This document shows positions 30,480-40,633 of a DNA stretch of 64,000 nt, one piece after another. The stretch is from an uncultured Gemmatimonadales bacterium. Lineage in GTDB: Bacteria > Gemmatimonadota > Gemmatimonadetes > Gemmatimonadales > GWC2-71-9. Location of the stretch: NCBI GenBank assembly GCA_963842945.1, contig CAWJIM010000001.1, forward strand, positions 161,440 to 225,439, written 5' to 3'. The translations under genes were made by a program, and so were the position numbers. The first letter of the stretch is position 1; the number at the start of each line of letters is the position of its first letter. The notes below the pieces were generated by a model, which saw only the letters and a list, made by a program, of their open reading frames with translations, was not told the DNA's origin and did no database searches.

Positions 30480-32172
30480 ACCGGCGCTCCAGCTCCTCGC
30501 GTGGTAGCTGTACGATGGTGGCCCTGCCGTGCACGTCGTGAGGTGGAAGATCGGTGGCGAAGAGGCGTACGAGGAGCTCTCGCATTTCCCGCTCACTCAA
30601 GCTCTCGCCCGCCTTGACCGCCGCACGGCAGGCGTAGGTCGCGGCGAATCGCTGCAGGCGGTTGCTCCATCCGCCGAACCGTCCTCGAGCCAGATCGGCC
30701 ACCATCTCGCGGAAACAGCTTTCAGCGTCAAAGCGGGGGTGGGGCGCCGGCACGGCATGAATCACCACCGTCCGGCCTCCGAAGCCCTCGACCTCGAACC
30801 CCACGCGGCTGAGCTCCTCACCGTGGACGTCGACCGCATCGAGCTCCTCGTCCGTCAGCTCCACGGTGAGCGGTAGCAGCAGCCGTTGCGCCGGAGCCCC
30901 GGTTCCACTCAGCTGAGCCATCACTGCCTCGTACAGCACCCGCTCATGAGCCGAGTGCTGATCCACGATGATGACGCCGTCGGGACCCTGGTAAAGGATG
31001 TAGGTATCGAAGACTTGAAGCAGCGGCGCGATGAAGCCGGGCGGACTCTCCTGTTCCAGGCTGCCCGAAGTGTCCGGCGCCTCGGAGAAGAGTTGCGCCA
31101 GCTCGAGCACCTGCGTACCCGGCCCACTATGGGAACCTCCTGAGCCGGGGAGGCCCCGCCATTCTCCTACCGAGGCTGCGGCCACCAAAGCCCCCAAGGC
31201 GGACCGCACCGCTTCCTCCACAACCCGCTCAACGCCGATTCGGTCGCGAAAGCGAACCTCCAGCTTGGCCGGATGGACGTTCACGTCCACATCCTCCGGC
31301 GCCACCTCGATTCGCAAGTACACCGAAGGCCGGTCGCCCGGATGGATGGCAGCGCGGTATCCCGCCTCCGCGGCACGGATGAGAAAGGGATCCTTGAAGG
31401 GCCGGCCGTTGACGAACAGCTGGGTGCGCCGGCCAGTGGGCTGAGCATCCCCCGGTCGCTGAATGAATCCGTTCACCCGAAATGCACCTGCGGCGTAGCT
31501 GACCGGGACCAAGGTCCCCGCCAGATCGCGTCCCCAGACTGAAGCCAAACGCTCTGTCGCATCCTGATCGGCCGGAACCGCCAGACGGCAGGTGCCATCG
31601 ACGTGGAGCTCGAAACCGGTGTCCGGGTGAGCCAGGGCGAGTGTAGCAACCGCTTCGTGAGCGGCTCTGGTTTCACTGGCAACTGAGCGAAGAAATTTCC
31701 TGCGGGCAGGAGTGTTGTAGAACAATCCGCGGACCTGAACCGTGGTTCCCCGTTGCCGGGCCGCTGAGCTCACCCGGTCCAGCCGACCCCCGCTGACGCT
31801 CAGCTCAGTTCCCTCGCCCGCGCCGTCGGTGGTGCTCAGCGTCAGGCGCGACACCGAGGCAATGGCCGGCAGCGCCTCGCCCCGGAAACCAAAGGTCGAA
31901 ACTCCAACCAGATCTGCGGCCGAACGGACTTTACTGGTTGCGTGCCGGTCGAGCGCTAGGACCGCGTCCTCCCGTCCCATGCCGCTGCCATCGTCACTGA
32001 CTTCGATCCTGACCTTTCCCCCGCTCTCCAGCTCGACTCTGATGTGGCGGGCGCCGGCATCGAGCGCGTTCTCGACCAGCTCCTTGACGACGGAGGCCGG
32101 GCGCTCGACGACTTCACCCGCGGCAATCTGGTCGGCGACGGCATCGGGCAGGATGGCAATGCGGCGTGGCAT
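30466..32172 (-). CDS. mutL: DNA mismatch repair endonuclease MutL
   Basis: IAAGEVVERPASVVKELVEN, GFRGEAL, DVNVHPAK, DQHSAHER endonuclease motif, ACR, DVHGR. Confidence 0.97.
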   Translation of the reverse strand: MPRRIAILPDAVADQIAAGEVVERPASVVKELVENALDAGARHIRVELESGGKVRIEVSDDGSGMGREDAVLALDRHATSKVRSAADLVGVSTFGFRGEALPAIASVSRLTLSTTDGAGEGTELSVSGGRLDRVSSAARQRGTTVQVRGLFYNTPARRKFLRSVASETRAAHEAVATLALAHPDTGFELHVDGTCRLAVPADQDATERLASVWGRDLAGTLVPVSYAAGAFRVNGFIQRPGDAQPTGRRTQLFVNGRPFKDPFLIRAAEAGYRAAIHPGDRPSVYLRIEVAPEDVDVNVHPAKLEVRFRDRIGVERVVEEAVRSALGALVAAASVGEWRGLPGSGGSHSGPGTQVLELAQLFSEAPDTSGSLEQESPPGFIAPLLQVFDTYILYQGPDGVIIVDQHSAHERVLYEAVMAQLSGTGAPAQRLLLPLTVELTDEELDAVDVHGEELSRVGFEVEGFGGRTVVIHAVPAPHPRFDAESCFREMVADLARGRFGGWSNRLQRFAATYACRAAVKAGESLSEREMRELLVRLFATDLPPHDVHGRATIVQLPREELERRFGRR

Positions 32173-32181
32173 CCCGGCAAT

Positions 32182-34500
32182 TTACCCGCTGATTGCGGCG
32201 ATCGCGTCTGCCGTCACCCAGCCCTCGGCGCGACCCGAACGAACCAGCACCCAGCCCCGATCAGCTCGCACCATCCGCACCGCGGCGCCGGACTCGAGTG
32301 GACCCACGGCGGGGGCGCGGCCATGCGGTGACAGTCGCATCGTCGTCTGATCCAGGACCACCGCAATCGGCCGGCGATACCAGGTCCGAAGACTGAGCCC
32401 GCCCAGCGCAGCAACCGCCGCGAAGATCAGCAGGGCCGACCAGCGGTCGCGATGTCGGGGGCGCAGCACCCAGCCGATCCAGCCGGCGAACCACGCCAGT
32501 GCTCCGACCAGCAGCAGCTCTTCCGGCGTCACCGGAGGCGACCACAGCATCCTCGCCGAAATCACGTCTGGAGCCGGCGTGAGCCGAAGCGCCCGCAGCA
32601 CGTTGGGCTCGCGGGGAGCCAGACGCCGAGCCTGAACCCACGCGGCCGCAGCCCGGCCTTTCGCACCGAGCCTGTAGAAGGTGGCTCCGAGGTCGTACCA
32701 ATGCGCCGCCACCGTAGGCTCCAGCGCAGCGCGCCGGCTGAATCCCTCAGCGGCGGCCTGGAGAGCTCCCGCTTCGTACAGCCCCTCGGGCGGCGGCGGA
32801 GCTTGCGCGGATGCGCTGGCGCTAAGGAGCCCGAGCACCAGAGCGATCGGTGCGACCCGTCCACCCCACCCTCGCAACGAATCGCCCAAGCGGCGTACCA
32901 GCTCTTCTACCTCCTGCACCAGAGCCTGGTCCTCAGCAGTCTGCCCCGGTGGACCGTAGCGCCGGGCGAGCAGTCGCTCCCGTACCGCGGCAACCCGCGA
33001 GGCGGTCTCTCCGTCAGCTCCCGCAGCGCGAACCGCAGCCGCCAGTCCGACTCGCGACCGCTGGTCCGGGTCGGGCACCAGTCCGCGCACCACCTGGTCG
33101 AGCCGCTCTTCAGCCACCCTGAGCCCGGTCTCGACCACCGGCGGAGCAGCTGCACGGCGGCGGATCGGTCTGCCCCTCAAGCTGATCAGGACCGGCGGGA
33201 TCAGGAAAATCAGAATCCAGCCCCAGTCAGGAATGTCGTGCGCCATCTGCGAGGCCAATCCCGGCGAGCCGGCGGGCAACAAGCCGGGCGGCAGCGCGGT
33301 GGATGCCGGTGCATCGGTCGACGACACGGGCAGCGAGGCAGCGGGGATCGCCGCTATGTGGTACCCGCGGGCCGCCAGATCGTAGTACCCATAACTCACC
33401 GCCGGTAAGCTGAGCGGCCCGGAGGAGTCGGGCACCACCAGATAGCGGAAGGTCTTCACCCCGCCGACTCGTCCCTCGGTCGTGGTCACCTGTTCCTCGA
33501 CCCGGTCTACGTACGCCCGGACATTCCGGGGCCAACGAATCTCCGGCGGTGGCCAGAGCGCGGTGTTGCCCTCACCCGTCAACGCCAGCTCGACGGCAAC
33601 GCCTTCACCGGCGTGGGCCGTAGGAGGCGTGATCCTCCGCTCCAGCCGGAGTCCGGATCCCACTGCTCCATTGAACCCGGCTGGCCGCCCGGCCGTCGGC
33701 AATGTGCGTACCGACAGCGTTTCCGGAAGACTGGACAGGGCAAAGCGTTCTTCCTGACTGAAGAACTGAAGCGCGAGCGGGGTGCTGTACTTGAGGACGG
33801 CAGGCGGAACCACGATGGTTCCCGCGACCAGGGGGAACACCACCTGGTGAGCCACGAACAGATCGTAGGCACCGCCGCCGATATTCCGAGTGGCGGCAAT
33901 ACCGGCGGGCGCAGACTGGGGATAGCTCCAGACCCCGTCGATCACCGGTGGCTGCAGCGTTGGAGGGCGCCGCAGCTGCAATCGGAGGTCGCGAGGAAAC
34001 CAGGCTGCCGTTACCACATCGACCTGCTCACCCACGCTCACGCTGTCGGCGGAAACCACCAGCGCAACAGCGGCCTTGCCTCGTGGCGGCGGCGGGGCTC
34101 TCTCCAGGAGCGTCCTGAGCCGCGGATTCAAGGCGGGGGCGGCCGCCACGGGGTTGGGCTGCACATCCACGACGATGGCGGCAGCCTCGGTGATCATACG
34201 ACCCTGGGCCGCCCGAGCCGGGCCGATCTGCCAGCGCCCGGGTCTGACCGCGCGCAGGCGCATCTCCAGCACGGTGGTTCTGGTGGGCCCGGACGAAAAG
34301 GAAACCTCAGTGCGTTCGCTGCGGGAGATAACCTCGAAGCCGTTCATGGGAGCCACCGTCACATCCATCGGCTCCGAGGAATGACTCACCGCCTGAACAG
34401 TGTAGAGAATCTCCTCGCCGACGGCGACGTGGTCCTCGTCGACCGACACGTGGAGCTCGGGCGCTCCCTGGAGCAGCGCGAGAATCAGCAGTGACTTCAC
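32182..34500 (-). CDS. BatD-family protein fused to TPR and SH3-like (BatE-like) domains
   Basis: BatD-like repeats (FNGAVG, LTGEGN), TM, TPR (WYDLG), C-terminal GWV SH3-like; in moxR-bat operon. Confidence 0.8.
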   Translation of the reverse strand: MKSLLILALLQGAPELHVSVDEDHVAVGEEILYTVQAVSHSSEPMDVTVAPMNGFEVISRSERTEVSFSSGPTRTTVLEMRLRAVRPGRWQIGPARAAQGRMITEAAAIVVDVQPNPVAAAPALNPRLRTLLERAPPPPRGKAAVALVVSADSVSVGEQVDVVTAAWFPRDLRLQLRRPPTLQPPVIDGVWSYPQSAPAGIAATRNIGGGAYDLFVAHQVVFPLVAGTIVVPPAVLKYSTPLALQFFSQEERFALSSLPETLSVRTLPTAGRPAGFNGAVGSGLRLERRITPPTAHAGEGVAVELALTGEGNTALWPPPEIRWPRNVRAYVDRVEEQVTTTEGRVGGVKTFRYLVVPDSSGPLSLPAVSYGYYDLAARGYHIAAIPAASLPVSSTDAPASTALPPGLLPAGSPGLASQMAHDIPDWGWILIFLIPPVLISLRGRPIRRRAAAPPVVETGLRVAEERLDQVVRGLVPDPDQRSRVGLAAAVRAAGADGETASRVAAVRERLLARRYGPPGQTAEDQALVQEVEELVRRLGDSLRGWGGRVAPIALVLGLLSASASAQAPPPPEGLYEAGALQAAAEGFSRRAALEPTVAAHWYDLGATFYRLGAKGRAAAAWVQARRLAPREPNVLRALRLTPAPDVISARMLWSPPVTPEELLLVGALAWFAGWIGWVLRPRHRDRWSALLIFAAVAALGGLSLRTWYRRPIAVVLDQTTMRLSPHGRAPAVGPLESGAAVRMVRADRGWVLVRSGRAEGWVTADAIAAISG

Positions 34501-36137
34501 CAGTCCTTCACTCCGGCGGCAGAGGCTCCGTGCATCCGGCGCTGCTGCTCCTCCCGGGTCTCCCGCTCGCGCCGTTCCATCGAGCTGAGAATCTGCTCGG
34601 CCTGACTCTGGCTCAGACCGCTGCTGGGTTGTTCAGCAGCTGCCGGTGGCGGCGTCTGCGGTTGGCCGCCGCTGGACGGCGGCTTGCCTCCCCCACCTCC
34701 ACCGCCACTGTTGTTGGGCGGCGGAGGTGGCTGACGCCGCTCTGCCAGCTCCAGATTCCATTTTGCGCGAGCCGATGACGGCTGCAGCCGCAATGCCTCG
34801 CGTAGTCGATCCGCCGCCTGGCCCAGCAGCTCCTGACCCTTCGTCGTATCGGCCCGGGAGGCGAGCAGGTTCACCAGACCCAGGTTGTAGAGGGCGCGAT
34901 AGCGGAGGTCGGGATCCAGTGACTTGGCGGCCTGCTCCAGTGCACCGCGAGCGACATCGTATCGGCCCGCCTCCAGTGCCGCGGTTCCCGCGTTGTAGAA
35001 GGCGGTATCGCGGGCCGTGCCGCCGCCCGCCTCCTTGAGAAATTCGGCCGCCGCTCGGGCGGGATCTCCGGCTGCCATCGCGCGAGTTCCCGGATCGGGC
35101 CTCTGCGCCGAGGCGGAGCTCCAGATAAGCAACCCGGCCAGGCCGATCAGTGCCGGTCCGGGGCGTACCAGGGTGTACCCGAAAAGCAGGAGTGCGGCGC
35201 CCAGCGCCGGGATCCATCCTCGCGGTATGAGATCGGCGGTTCGGGTTTCGGCGGTGGGGCTCCGCTTCATCGAGGAGACCAGGTCGCGCACGGCGCCGGC
35301 CTGATCCGGCAGCTCGTTGGGTACCAGCGTTCCCTCCGAGGCATCCACGATAGCGCGGAGAATGTCGTCCCGCCGCTGGGTGCGCACCACATTCCCGTTC
35401 TCGTCTTGCTTGTACTCGAGCAGGGTCCCCGAGGAGTCCCTGATCGGAATGCGGGTCGGTAGCGCTCGGCCTTCGGCCACCACAATCAGATGGATGCCGG
35501 CATCCTTCAGCGCTTCCGCTGCAGCCACCGCTTCAGGCAGCGTATCGTGAGCCTCTCCATCGGTGAAGAGAACCAGAACCCGGTCGGCCGCGTCGGTGGC
35601 GGCACTGAGCAGGCCGGTTCCCTGCGCCAGCACCGAGCCCAGTGTCGTCCCTCCCTCGCTCGCGAGATCGGGATCCAATGCGTCGAGGTACATCCGGACC
35701 GCACCACCATCCACGGTGAGCGGCGCCAGGATATAGCTTCGCCCGGCAAAGGCGATGAGCCCGAGCCGGTCGCCTTCCAGATCCTGAATCAGGCGACGAG
35801 CTTCACGGCCGGCCCGCTGCAGCCGGCTCGGCGCCACATCCTCCGCCAGCATCGAACGGCTGATGTCGATGGCGAACACCAGGCTCAAGGCGCGGGTCTC
35901 GGTCTTGACCTGGGTCCGTCCGGCCCTCGGACCGGCCAGGCCAATTGCGGCCAGCAGCGCGCTGAGCCCGAGCACCAGCGGGGCCCAGCCGCCTCTGGTT
36001 CGGGCGAAGCGGCCCAGTGAAGGCGACCAGCGCCGCGCCAGCCGGATTCGCTGCCGCCGGGCGAGCCACGCGCCTACGCCCACGGCAAGACCCAGCAGCG
36101 GGGCCAGGAAGAGCAGGAGCGGCGCGTCGAAGGTCAT
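34497..36137 (-). CDS. VWA plus TPR protein (BatB/BatC-like fusion)
   Basis: MIDAS DISRS, FTDGE; TPR YNAG/YNLG, AKWNLELA; QAEQIL...KDW tail. Confidence 0.85.
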   Translation of the reverse strand: MTFDAPLLLFLAPLLGLAVGVGAWLARRQRIRLARRWSPSLGRFARTRGGWAPLVLGLSALLAAIGLAGPRAGRTQVKTETRALSLVFAIDISRSMLAEDVAPSRLQRAGREARRLIQDLEGDRLGLIAFAGRSYILAPLTVDGGAVRMYLDALDPDLASEGGTTLGSVLAQGTGLLSAATDAADRVLVLFTDGEAHDTLPEAVAAAEALKDAGIHLIVVAEGRALPTRIPIRDSSGTLLEYKQDENGNVVRTQRRDDILRAIVDASEGTLVPNELPDQAGAVRDLVSSMKRSPTAETRTADLIPRGWIPALGAALLLFGYTLVRPGPALIGLAGLLIWSSASAQRPDPGTRAMAAGDPARAAAEFLKEAGGGTARDTAFYNAGTAALEAGRYDVARGALEQAAKSLDPDLRYRALYNLGLVNLLASRADTTKGQELLGQAADRLREALRLQPSSARAKWNLELAERRQPPPPPNNSGGGGGGGKPPSSGGQPQTPPPAAAEQPSSGLSQSQAEQILSSMERRERETREEQQRRMHGASAAGVKDW

Positions 36138-37108
36138 GGGACTCGCACCACCAGCGTAGAGCTGAGCAACAGCTCCAGACCGAGCATGGACAGTCCCAGC
36201 AGGATCAGCGGACGGGTGGTCTCATCGTATCGGGTATACCGGGTGACCTGGATCGGGGTCTTCTCCAGCGCATCGATCTGCCGAAAGATCCGGCTCAAAG
36301 CCTCGCTGTCCTTGGCGCGGAAGTACCGGCCGCCGGTTTTCTGCGCGATCTCCTGGAGCAAAGGCTCGTCGATTCGTACCGGCAGTAGCTCGTAGCGAAA
36401 GCCACCCAGCCCGCGGCCGGTAGGGATCGGAGCCTCGCCGATGGTGCCCACACCGATGGTGTAGACCTTGATCCCGAACGCGGACGCCGTTGCGGCCGCG
36501 GTCCGGGGATCGATCAGACCCTTGTTGTTCTCGCCGTCGGTGAGGAGCAGCACCACCTTCGATTTGTCCGGCGCCCGCCGCAGGCGATTGACCGCGGTGG
36601 CGAGTCCGCTGCCGATGGCGGTGCCATCCTCCAGCGACCCGATCTTGAGATCCATCACCGCCTGTTCGATCACGGGATAGTCCAGCGTGACCGGCACCTG
36701 GGTCAGCGCTTCGCCGGCAAAGGCAACCAGGCCGATCCGGTCAGCGGCTCGCCCGCGAATGAATCCGACCGCCTGCCGCTTCGCCACCTCGAGCCGGTTG
36801 GAGGGGGCGAAATCTTCTGCCAGCATACTGCTGGAGATGTCGATCGCGATGACGATCGCGATGCCTTCCTGTTTGATCTCGACCGTGTCGCCACCGATCC
36901 GCGGACCCGCGGCGGCCAGGCTCAGCGCCGCCAGTGAAACAGCTCGAAGAATCGGCGGGAGCCTGACCCACCAGCGACCACGGTTGGCTTGAGCCGGAAG
37001 CGTTACGTCGCTGTAGCGCGCGGCCGGTACTTCCCCTCGCCGGCGCAGCCACCACCAGAGCGGGAGCGCGAGAAGGAGGAGCAGCAGCAAGGGACGGGCG
37101 AGACTCAC
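36134..37108 (-). CDS. VWA domain protein BatA-like
   Basis: DISSSMLAEDF, GTAIGSGL, LLTDGENN, YTIGVG, TGGRYFRA; GTG start. Confidence 0.9.
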   Translation of the reverse strand: MSLARPLLLLLLLALPLWWWLRRRGEVPAARYSDVTLPAQANRGRWWVRLPPILRAVSLAALSLAAAGPRIGGDTVEIKQEGIAIVIAIDISSSMLAEDFAPSNRLEVAKRQAVGFIRGRAADRIGLVAFAGEALTQVPVTLDYPVIEQAVMDLKIGSLEDGTAIGSGLATAVNRLRRAPDKSKVVLLLTDGENNKGLIDPRTAAATASAFGIKVYTIGVGTIGEAPIPTGRGLGGFRYELLPVRIDEPLLQEIAQKTGGRYFRAKDSEALSRIFRQIDALEKTPIQVTRYTRYDETTRPLILLGLSMLGLELLLSSTLVVRVP

Positions 37109-37920
37109 GCCGCCTCCCGCAAGAGGCGGGCTCGCATCTCCAGGGTGGAACGGGAGAGCTCGAGCGCTTCGGGTGAGCCGGTGTGGCCAAAGCGGGCATC
37201 GTCCAGAGCGCGCAGCAGGTCGCCCAACTCGTCCAGCGGCCAGTCGGGACGAGCGGCGGCGAGCTGGGCCAGGAGTCGCTCCGTGTCGAGCCCGGAATGA
37301 GCCGCCGCCACCCGCTGGGCCAGCGCGGTGCGAAGGCGAACCGCGGCCACGTTGGCCACTGCGCGGTATTCTCCGTCGTCGGCCCAGCGGTCCAGAGGCG
37401 GCTCGGGTAGCTCCTGCTGGGGCGGCGGCACGGGCACGGGCTTTCCCCGCCGCCGCCACCAGAGGTGGACCGGCACCAGCACGGCAAGCGCGAGCAGCCA
37501 GAGGATGATCAGCGGGACGGGGGTCGTGTCCCGGCGAGTCACCAGAGTCGCCCGGGGCTGCGGCGGAATCAGCGAGTCAGGAACCCCGGGAGGCAACACA
37601 CTCCGGACGGCGATGCGAACGGTTTGTCCGGGAAGAGAGTCGACCTTTCCTCCCGGGCCCAGCAGCAGTGGACCGGGAAGCTCGACCTGATGGGGTCCCG
37701 GCGTCCAGATCACCGCCGGATAGCTGATGCGTGCGGAGTCGCCGGTGATGACCACCCGGGGACGGCCGAGCAACTCCACCGGGTCGGCCGGATCCCAGTC
37801 GGATGCGCGCACCACGTAGCCGGATGGCACCGCAACCGAGCGGGTCAGCCAGATCGTGTCTCCTACCGTCGGCTGAGGTCCCTGCAGCAGCAGCGCGGCA
37901 AGCACAGCGGAGGTGATCAT
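37105..37920 (-). CDS. Hypothetical exported/membrane protein of the bat operon
   Basis: Signal peptide, TVGD, single TM, helical tail; 4-nt overlaps on both sides. Confidence 0.75.
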   Translation of the reverse strand: MITSAVLAALLLQGPQPTVGDTIWLTRSVAVPSGYVVRASDWDPADPVELLGRPRVVITGDSARISYPAVIWTPGPHQVELPGPLLLGPGGKVDSLPGQTVRIAVRSVLPPGVPDSLIPPQPRATLVTRRDTTPVPLIILWLLALAVLVPVHLWWRRRGKPVPVPPPQQELPEPPLDRWADDGEYRAVANVAAVRLRTALAQRVAAAHSGLDTERLLAQLAAARPDWPLDELGDLLRALDDARFGHTGSPEALELSRSTLEMRARLLREAA

Positions 37921-38813
37921 GCGCGATGAATCCGGCGGGCTCGCTGCGCAAAGGCGCGCCGGAGCGGAAGGGCATAGGCGCTGCCGGTTTCCAGGTGAAC
38001 CTGGTCCGCACCGGCGGCGGAGAGCGCTCGGGCCCGCTCCTCCCGCCTCCGCTCTGCCAGGTGAGCCACCCGGCGCCGGACATCGCGGCTTCCGGTGTCG
38101 ACCAGCACCCGGCGGCCCGACTCCGCGTCCATGATCTCGATCCAGCCGGATTCGGGCAGATCGTGCTCCCGCGGCTCATCCACGGTGATGGCCACCACCT
38201 CGTGTCGGGCGCCCAAACGTCTCAACGGCTTCTCCCAGCCCTCGGCAATAAAATCGGACAGGACGACCACAATACTCCGGTGACGCAGCAGCCGGCTGGC
38301 ATAGGACAGACTGGCGCCCAGGTTGGTTCGCCGGCCCGCGGGCTGGAACGCAACCAGATCCCGGATGACTCTCAGCGCATGCCGCCGCCCCTTTCGGGGC
38401 GGAATGACCCGCTCGACCGTGTCGGAGAAGAGCAGTGCTCCCACCCGGTCGTTATGGTACGCGGCGGCCAGCGCGAGCACCGCTCCGACTTCCACCGCCA
38501 ACCCTGCCTTGGTCTGCGGCTCACCGAATCGGGTGGAGCCCGACTGGTCGACCACCAGCATCAGGGTGAGCTCGCGCTCCTCGGTAAAGGTCTTGACGTA
38601 CGGACTCGCCAGCCTGGCCGAGACATTCCAGTCGATCGCCCGGAAATCATCGCCGTGCTCGTAGGCTCTGACTTCCGCAAACTCCATCCCCTGCCCCCGA
38701 AAAACCGACCGGTACTCTCCGGCAAACAGCGATCCGACCAGCCCGCGGGTGCGGAGCTCGATCGACTTGACTTGTTTGAGGATTTCGGGAGTGACGGGAT
38801 TGTTTTTAGTCAC
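37917..38813 (-). CDS. DUF58 domain protein
   Basis: GEYRSVFRGQGMEFAEVRAY, DFRAIDWNV, EERE, LSDF; GTG overlapping moxR stop. Confidence 0.93.
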   Translation of the reverse strand: MTKNNPVTPEILKQVKSIELRTRGLVGSLFAGEYRSVFRGQGMEFAEVRAYEHGDDFRAIDWNVSARLASPYVKTFTEERELTLMLVVDQSGSTRFGEPQTKAGLAVEVGAVLALAAAYHNDRVGALLFSDTVERVIPPRKGRRHALRVIRDLVAFQPAGRRTNLGASLSYASRLLRHRSIVVVLSDFIAEGWEKPLRRLGARHEVVAITVDEPREHDLPESGWIEIMDAESGRRVLVDTGSRDVRRRVAHLAERRREERARALSAAGADQVHLETGSAYALPLRRAFAQRARRIHRA

Positions 38814-38897
38814 GAGTCCGAGTCGCGAGTCCACAGGCCAGCCGCAGCTTCGTCCAGCCGTGACTCGTTACTCGAGACGCGACGACTCGACTCGACC
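38808..38897. repeat. Inverted pair of degenerate GAGTC/GACTC arrays at the moxR-DUF58 junction
   Basis: AGTCACGAGTCCGAGTCGCGAGTCC faces GTGACTCGTTACTCG...GACTCGACTCGAC. Confidence 0.65.
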
Positions 38898-39850
38898 CGC
38901 GTCACCACATCGTCAGTCGTCACATCTTCGGCTTCAGCCTCGAAGGTGAGCACGATGCGGTGGCGAAGCACATCGGGAGCGAGAGCCCGCACATCTTCGG
39001 GCACCACGTAGGCCCGCTCCCGCAGGAAGGCGTGCGCGCGGGCGGCCTGCGCCAGTGCGATGGACGCACGGGGCGATCCGCCGAACGCCACCAGCGGCTT
39101 GAGGTCTGCCAGTCCGACCAGCCCGGGGTCGCGTGTTGCCCGCACCAGGTCGACGATGTAGTCCACCACCTTTTGATCCATGTACAGATTGGCTATGGCC
39201 TCGCGCGCCGCCAGGATCTCCTCCGGATCGAGCAGCCGCTCCACCGTAATCTCCTGACCACCACTCATCCGCAACAGCACTTCCTTCTCTTCATCCCGGC
39301 TGGGATATCCCACCCTGACCTTCAGCATGAAGCGATCGAGCTGCGCCTCCGGCAAGGGATAGGTGCCCTCGCTCTCGATCGGGTTCTGGGTGGCGAGCAC
39401 GAGGAACGGCTCTTCCAGAGGATAGGTGGAGCCGCCGATGGTGACCTGGTGCTCCTGCATGGCCTCGAGCAGAGCCGCCTGGACCTTGGCGGGAGCCCGG
39501 TTGATCTCGTCAGCCAGAATGATCTGGGCGAACAGCGGCCCCTTTTTGACGTGGAAGTCCTGCGACTTCTGGTTGAATACCATGGTGCCGATCACGTCCG
39601 CCGGCAACAGATCGGGCGTGAACTGGATCCGGGAGAAGGAGGCCCGGATGATCTCCGCCAGCGTACGAACCGCCAACGTCTTGGCCAGGCCGGGAACCCC
39701 TTCCAGCAGAATGTGTCCCCCGGTGAGAAGCCCAACCAGGAGACGCTCCACCATGGCATCCTGGCCGACGATTCGGCGGGAGACCTCTTTCAGGATCCGG
39801 GGCACCGGCAGCATCTCGGCCGGCTTCTTGGACAGCTTGGGCGCGCTCAT
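38810..39850 (-). CDS. moxR: MoxR-family AAA+ ATPase
   Basis: EGVPGLAKT, RIQFTPDLLPAD, DEINRA, ATQNPIE, LPEAQLDRF. Confidence 0.96.
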   Translation of the reverse strand: MSAPKLSKKPAEMLPVPRILKEVSRRIVGQDAMVERLLVGLLTGGHILLEGVPGLAKTLAVRTLAEIIRASFSRIQFTPDLLPADVIGTMVFNQKSQDFHVKKGPLFAQIILADEINRAPAKVQAALLEAMQEHQVTIGGSTYPLEEPFLVLATQNPIESEGTYPLPEAQLDRFMLKVRVGYPSRDEEKEVLLRMSGGQEITVERLLDPEEILAAREAIANLYMDQKVVDYIVDLVRATRDPGLVGLADLKPLVAFGGSPRASIALAQAARAHAFLRERAYVVPEDVRALAPDVLRHRIVLTFEAEAEDVTTDDVVTRVESSRRVSSNESRLDEAAAGLWTRDSDS

Positions 39851-40633
39851 CTATGCGTGGCTCCGCGGGAATGATTGACCCGACGCCCGCCGGCCGGTGG
39901 CGGTTTCATGGTCAGGATCGAGTTGGACGGCCCGGTACAGTGCTGCCTCCTCACGTGGAGTCAGGGGACGATAGCGGCCGGGCGGCAGATCGCCCAGGCG
40001 TACCGGACCGTAGGAGAGCCGAGCCAGCCGGTCAACCTTGAGTCCCAGCGCTTCACACCAGCGTCGGACGATCCGGTTTCGCCCTTCGTCCAGCGTCAGG
40101 TCCAGAATGCTCCGGCCCTCCGTGCCCGGGCGAACCTTCACCTCGCTGGGCACCACCGGGCGGCCATCGATCACCACCCGGTCCCGCACCGCCTTCGCGA
40201 TCTCCGCGGTAGGACGGCCGTGCACTAGAGCGGTGTAGCGTCGGGGAATATGGTAACGCGGATGGGTCAGCCGGTGAACCGCCTCGCCGTCGGTGGTCAA
40301 CAGCAGGAGCCCCGTCGTCATCACGTCGAGCCGGCCGACGTAGGTCAGGGCGGTGGTGTCCGGGATGAAGTCCAGGACCGTGCGCCGGCCTTCTTCGTCC
40401 TTGGCGGTGGTGACGACCCCGAGCGGCTTGTGGAAAACAAGCCACCGGCGCTCCCGCATCTTCACCGCGCGATTGCCCACGGTGATCTTCTGGCGTGCCG
40501 GGTCGACCTTCATGCCCAGCGTTGCCGTTTTGCCGTCGACCCGCACCCGCCCGTCTTCGATCAGCTTCTCAGCCGCCCGGCGGGATGCGACTCCGGCGCG
40601 GGCCAGCGCCCGCTGGAGCCGCATCTCACTCAC
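39851..40633 (-). CDS. rluB: RsuA/RluB-family pseudouridine synthase
   Basis: S4 domain (RLQRALARAGVASRR), HKP, VGRLD, EGRNR; follows scpB. Confidence 0.88.
   Translation of the reverse strand: MSEMRLQRALARAGVASRRAAEKLIEDGRVRVDGKTATLGMKVDPARQKITVGNRAVKMRERRWLVFHKPLGVVTTAKDEEGRRTVLDFIPDTTALTYVGRLDVMTTGLLLLTTDGEAVHRLTHPRYHIPRRYTALVHGRPTAEIAKAVRDRVVIDGRPVVPSEVKVRPGTEGRSILDLTLDEGRNRIVRRWCEALGLKVDRLARLSYGPVRLGDLPPGRYRPLTPREEAALYRAVQLDPDHETATGRRASGQSFPRSHA

Noticed and set aside
36134..37459. ORF-track N-terminal extensions (BatA 441 aa; also nusA, miaA, pcrA, UbiA, oligopeptidase)
   Set aside because: Extensions overlap upstream genes and are low-complexity; downstream starts with stop/start overlap or RBS fit better.
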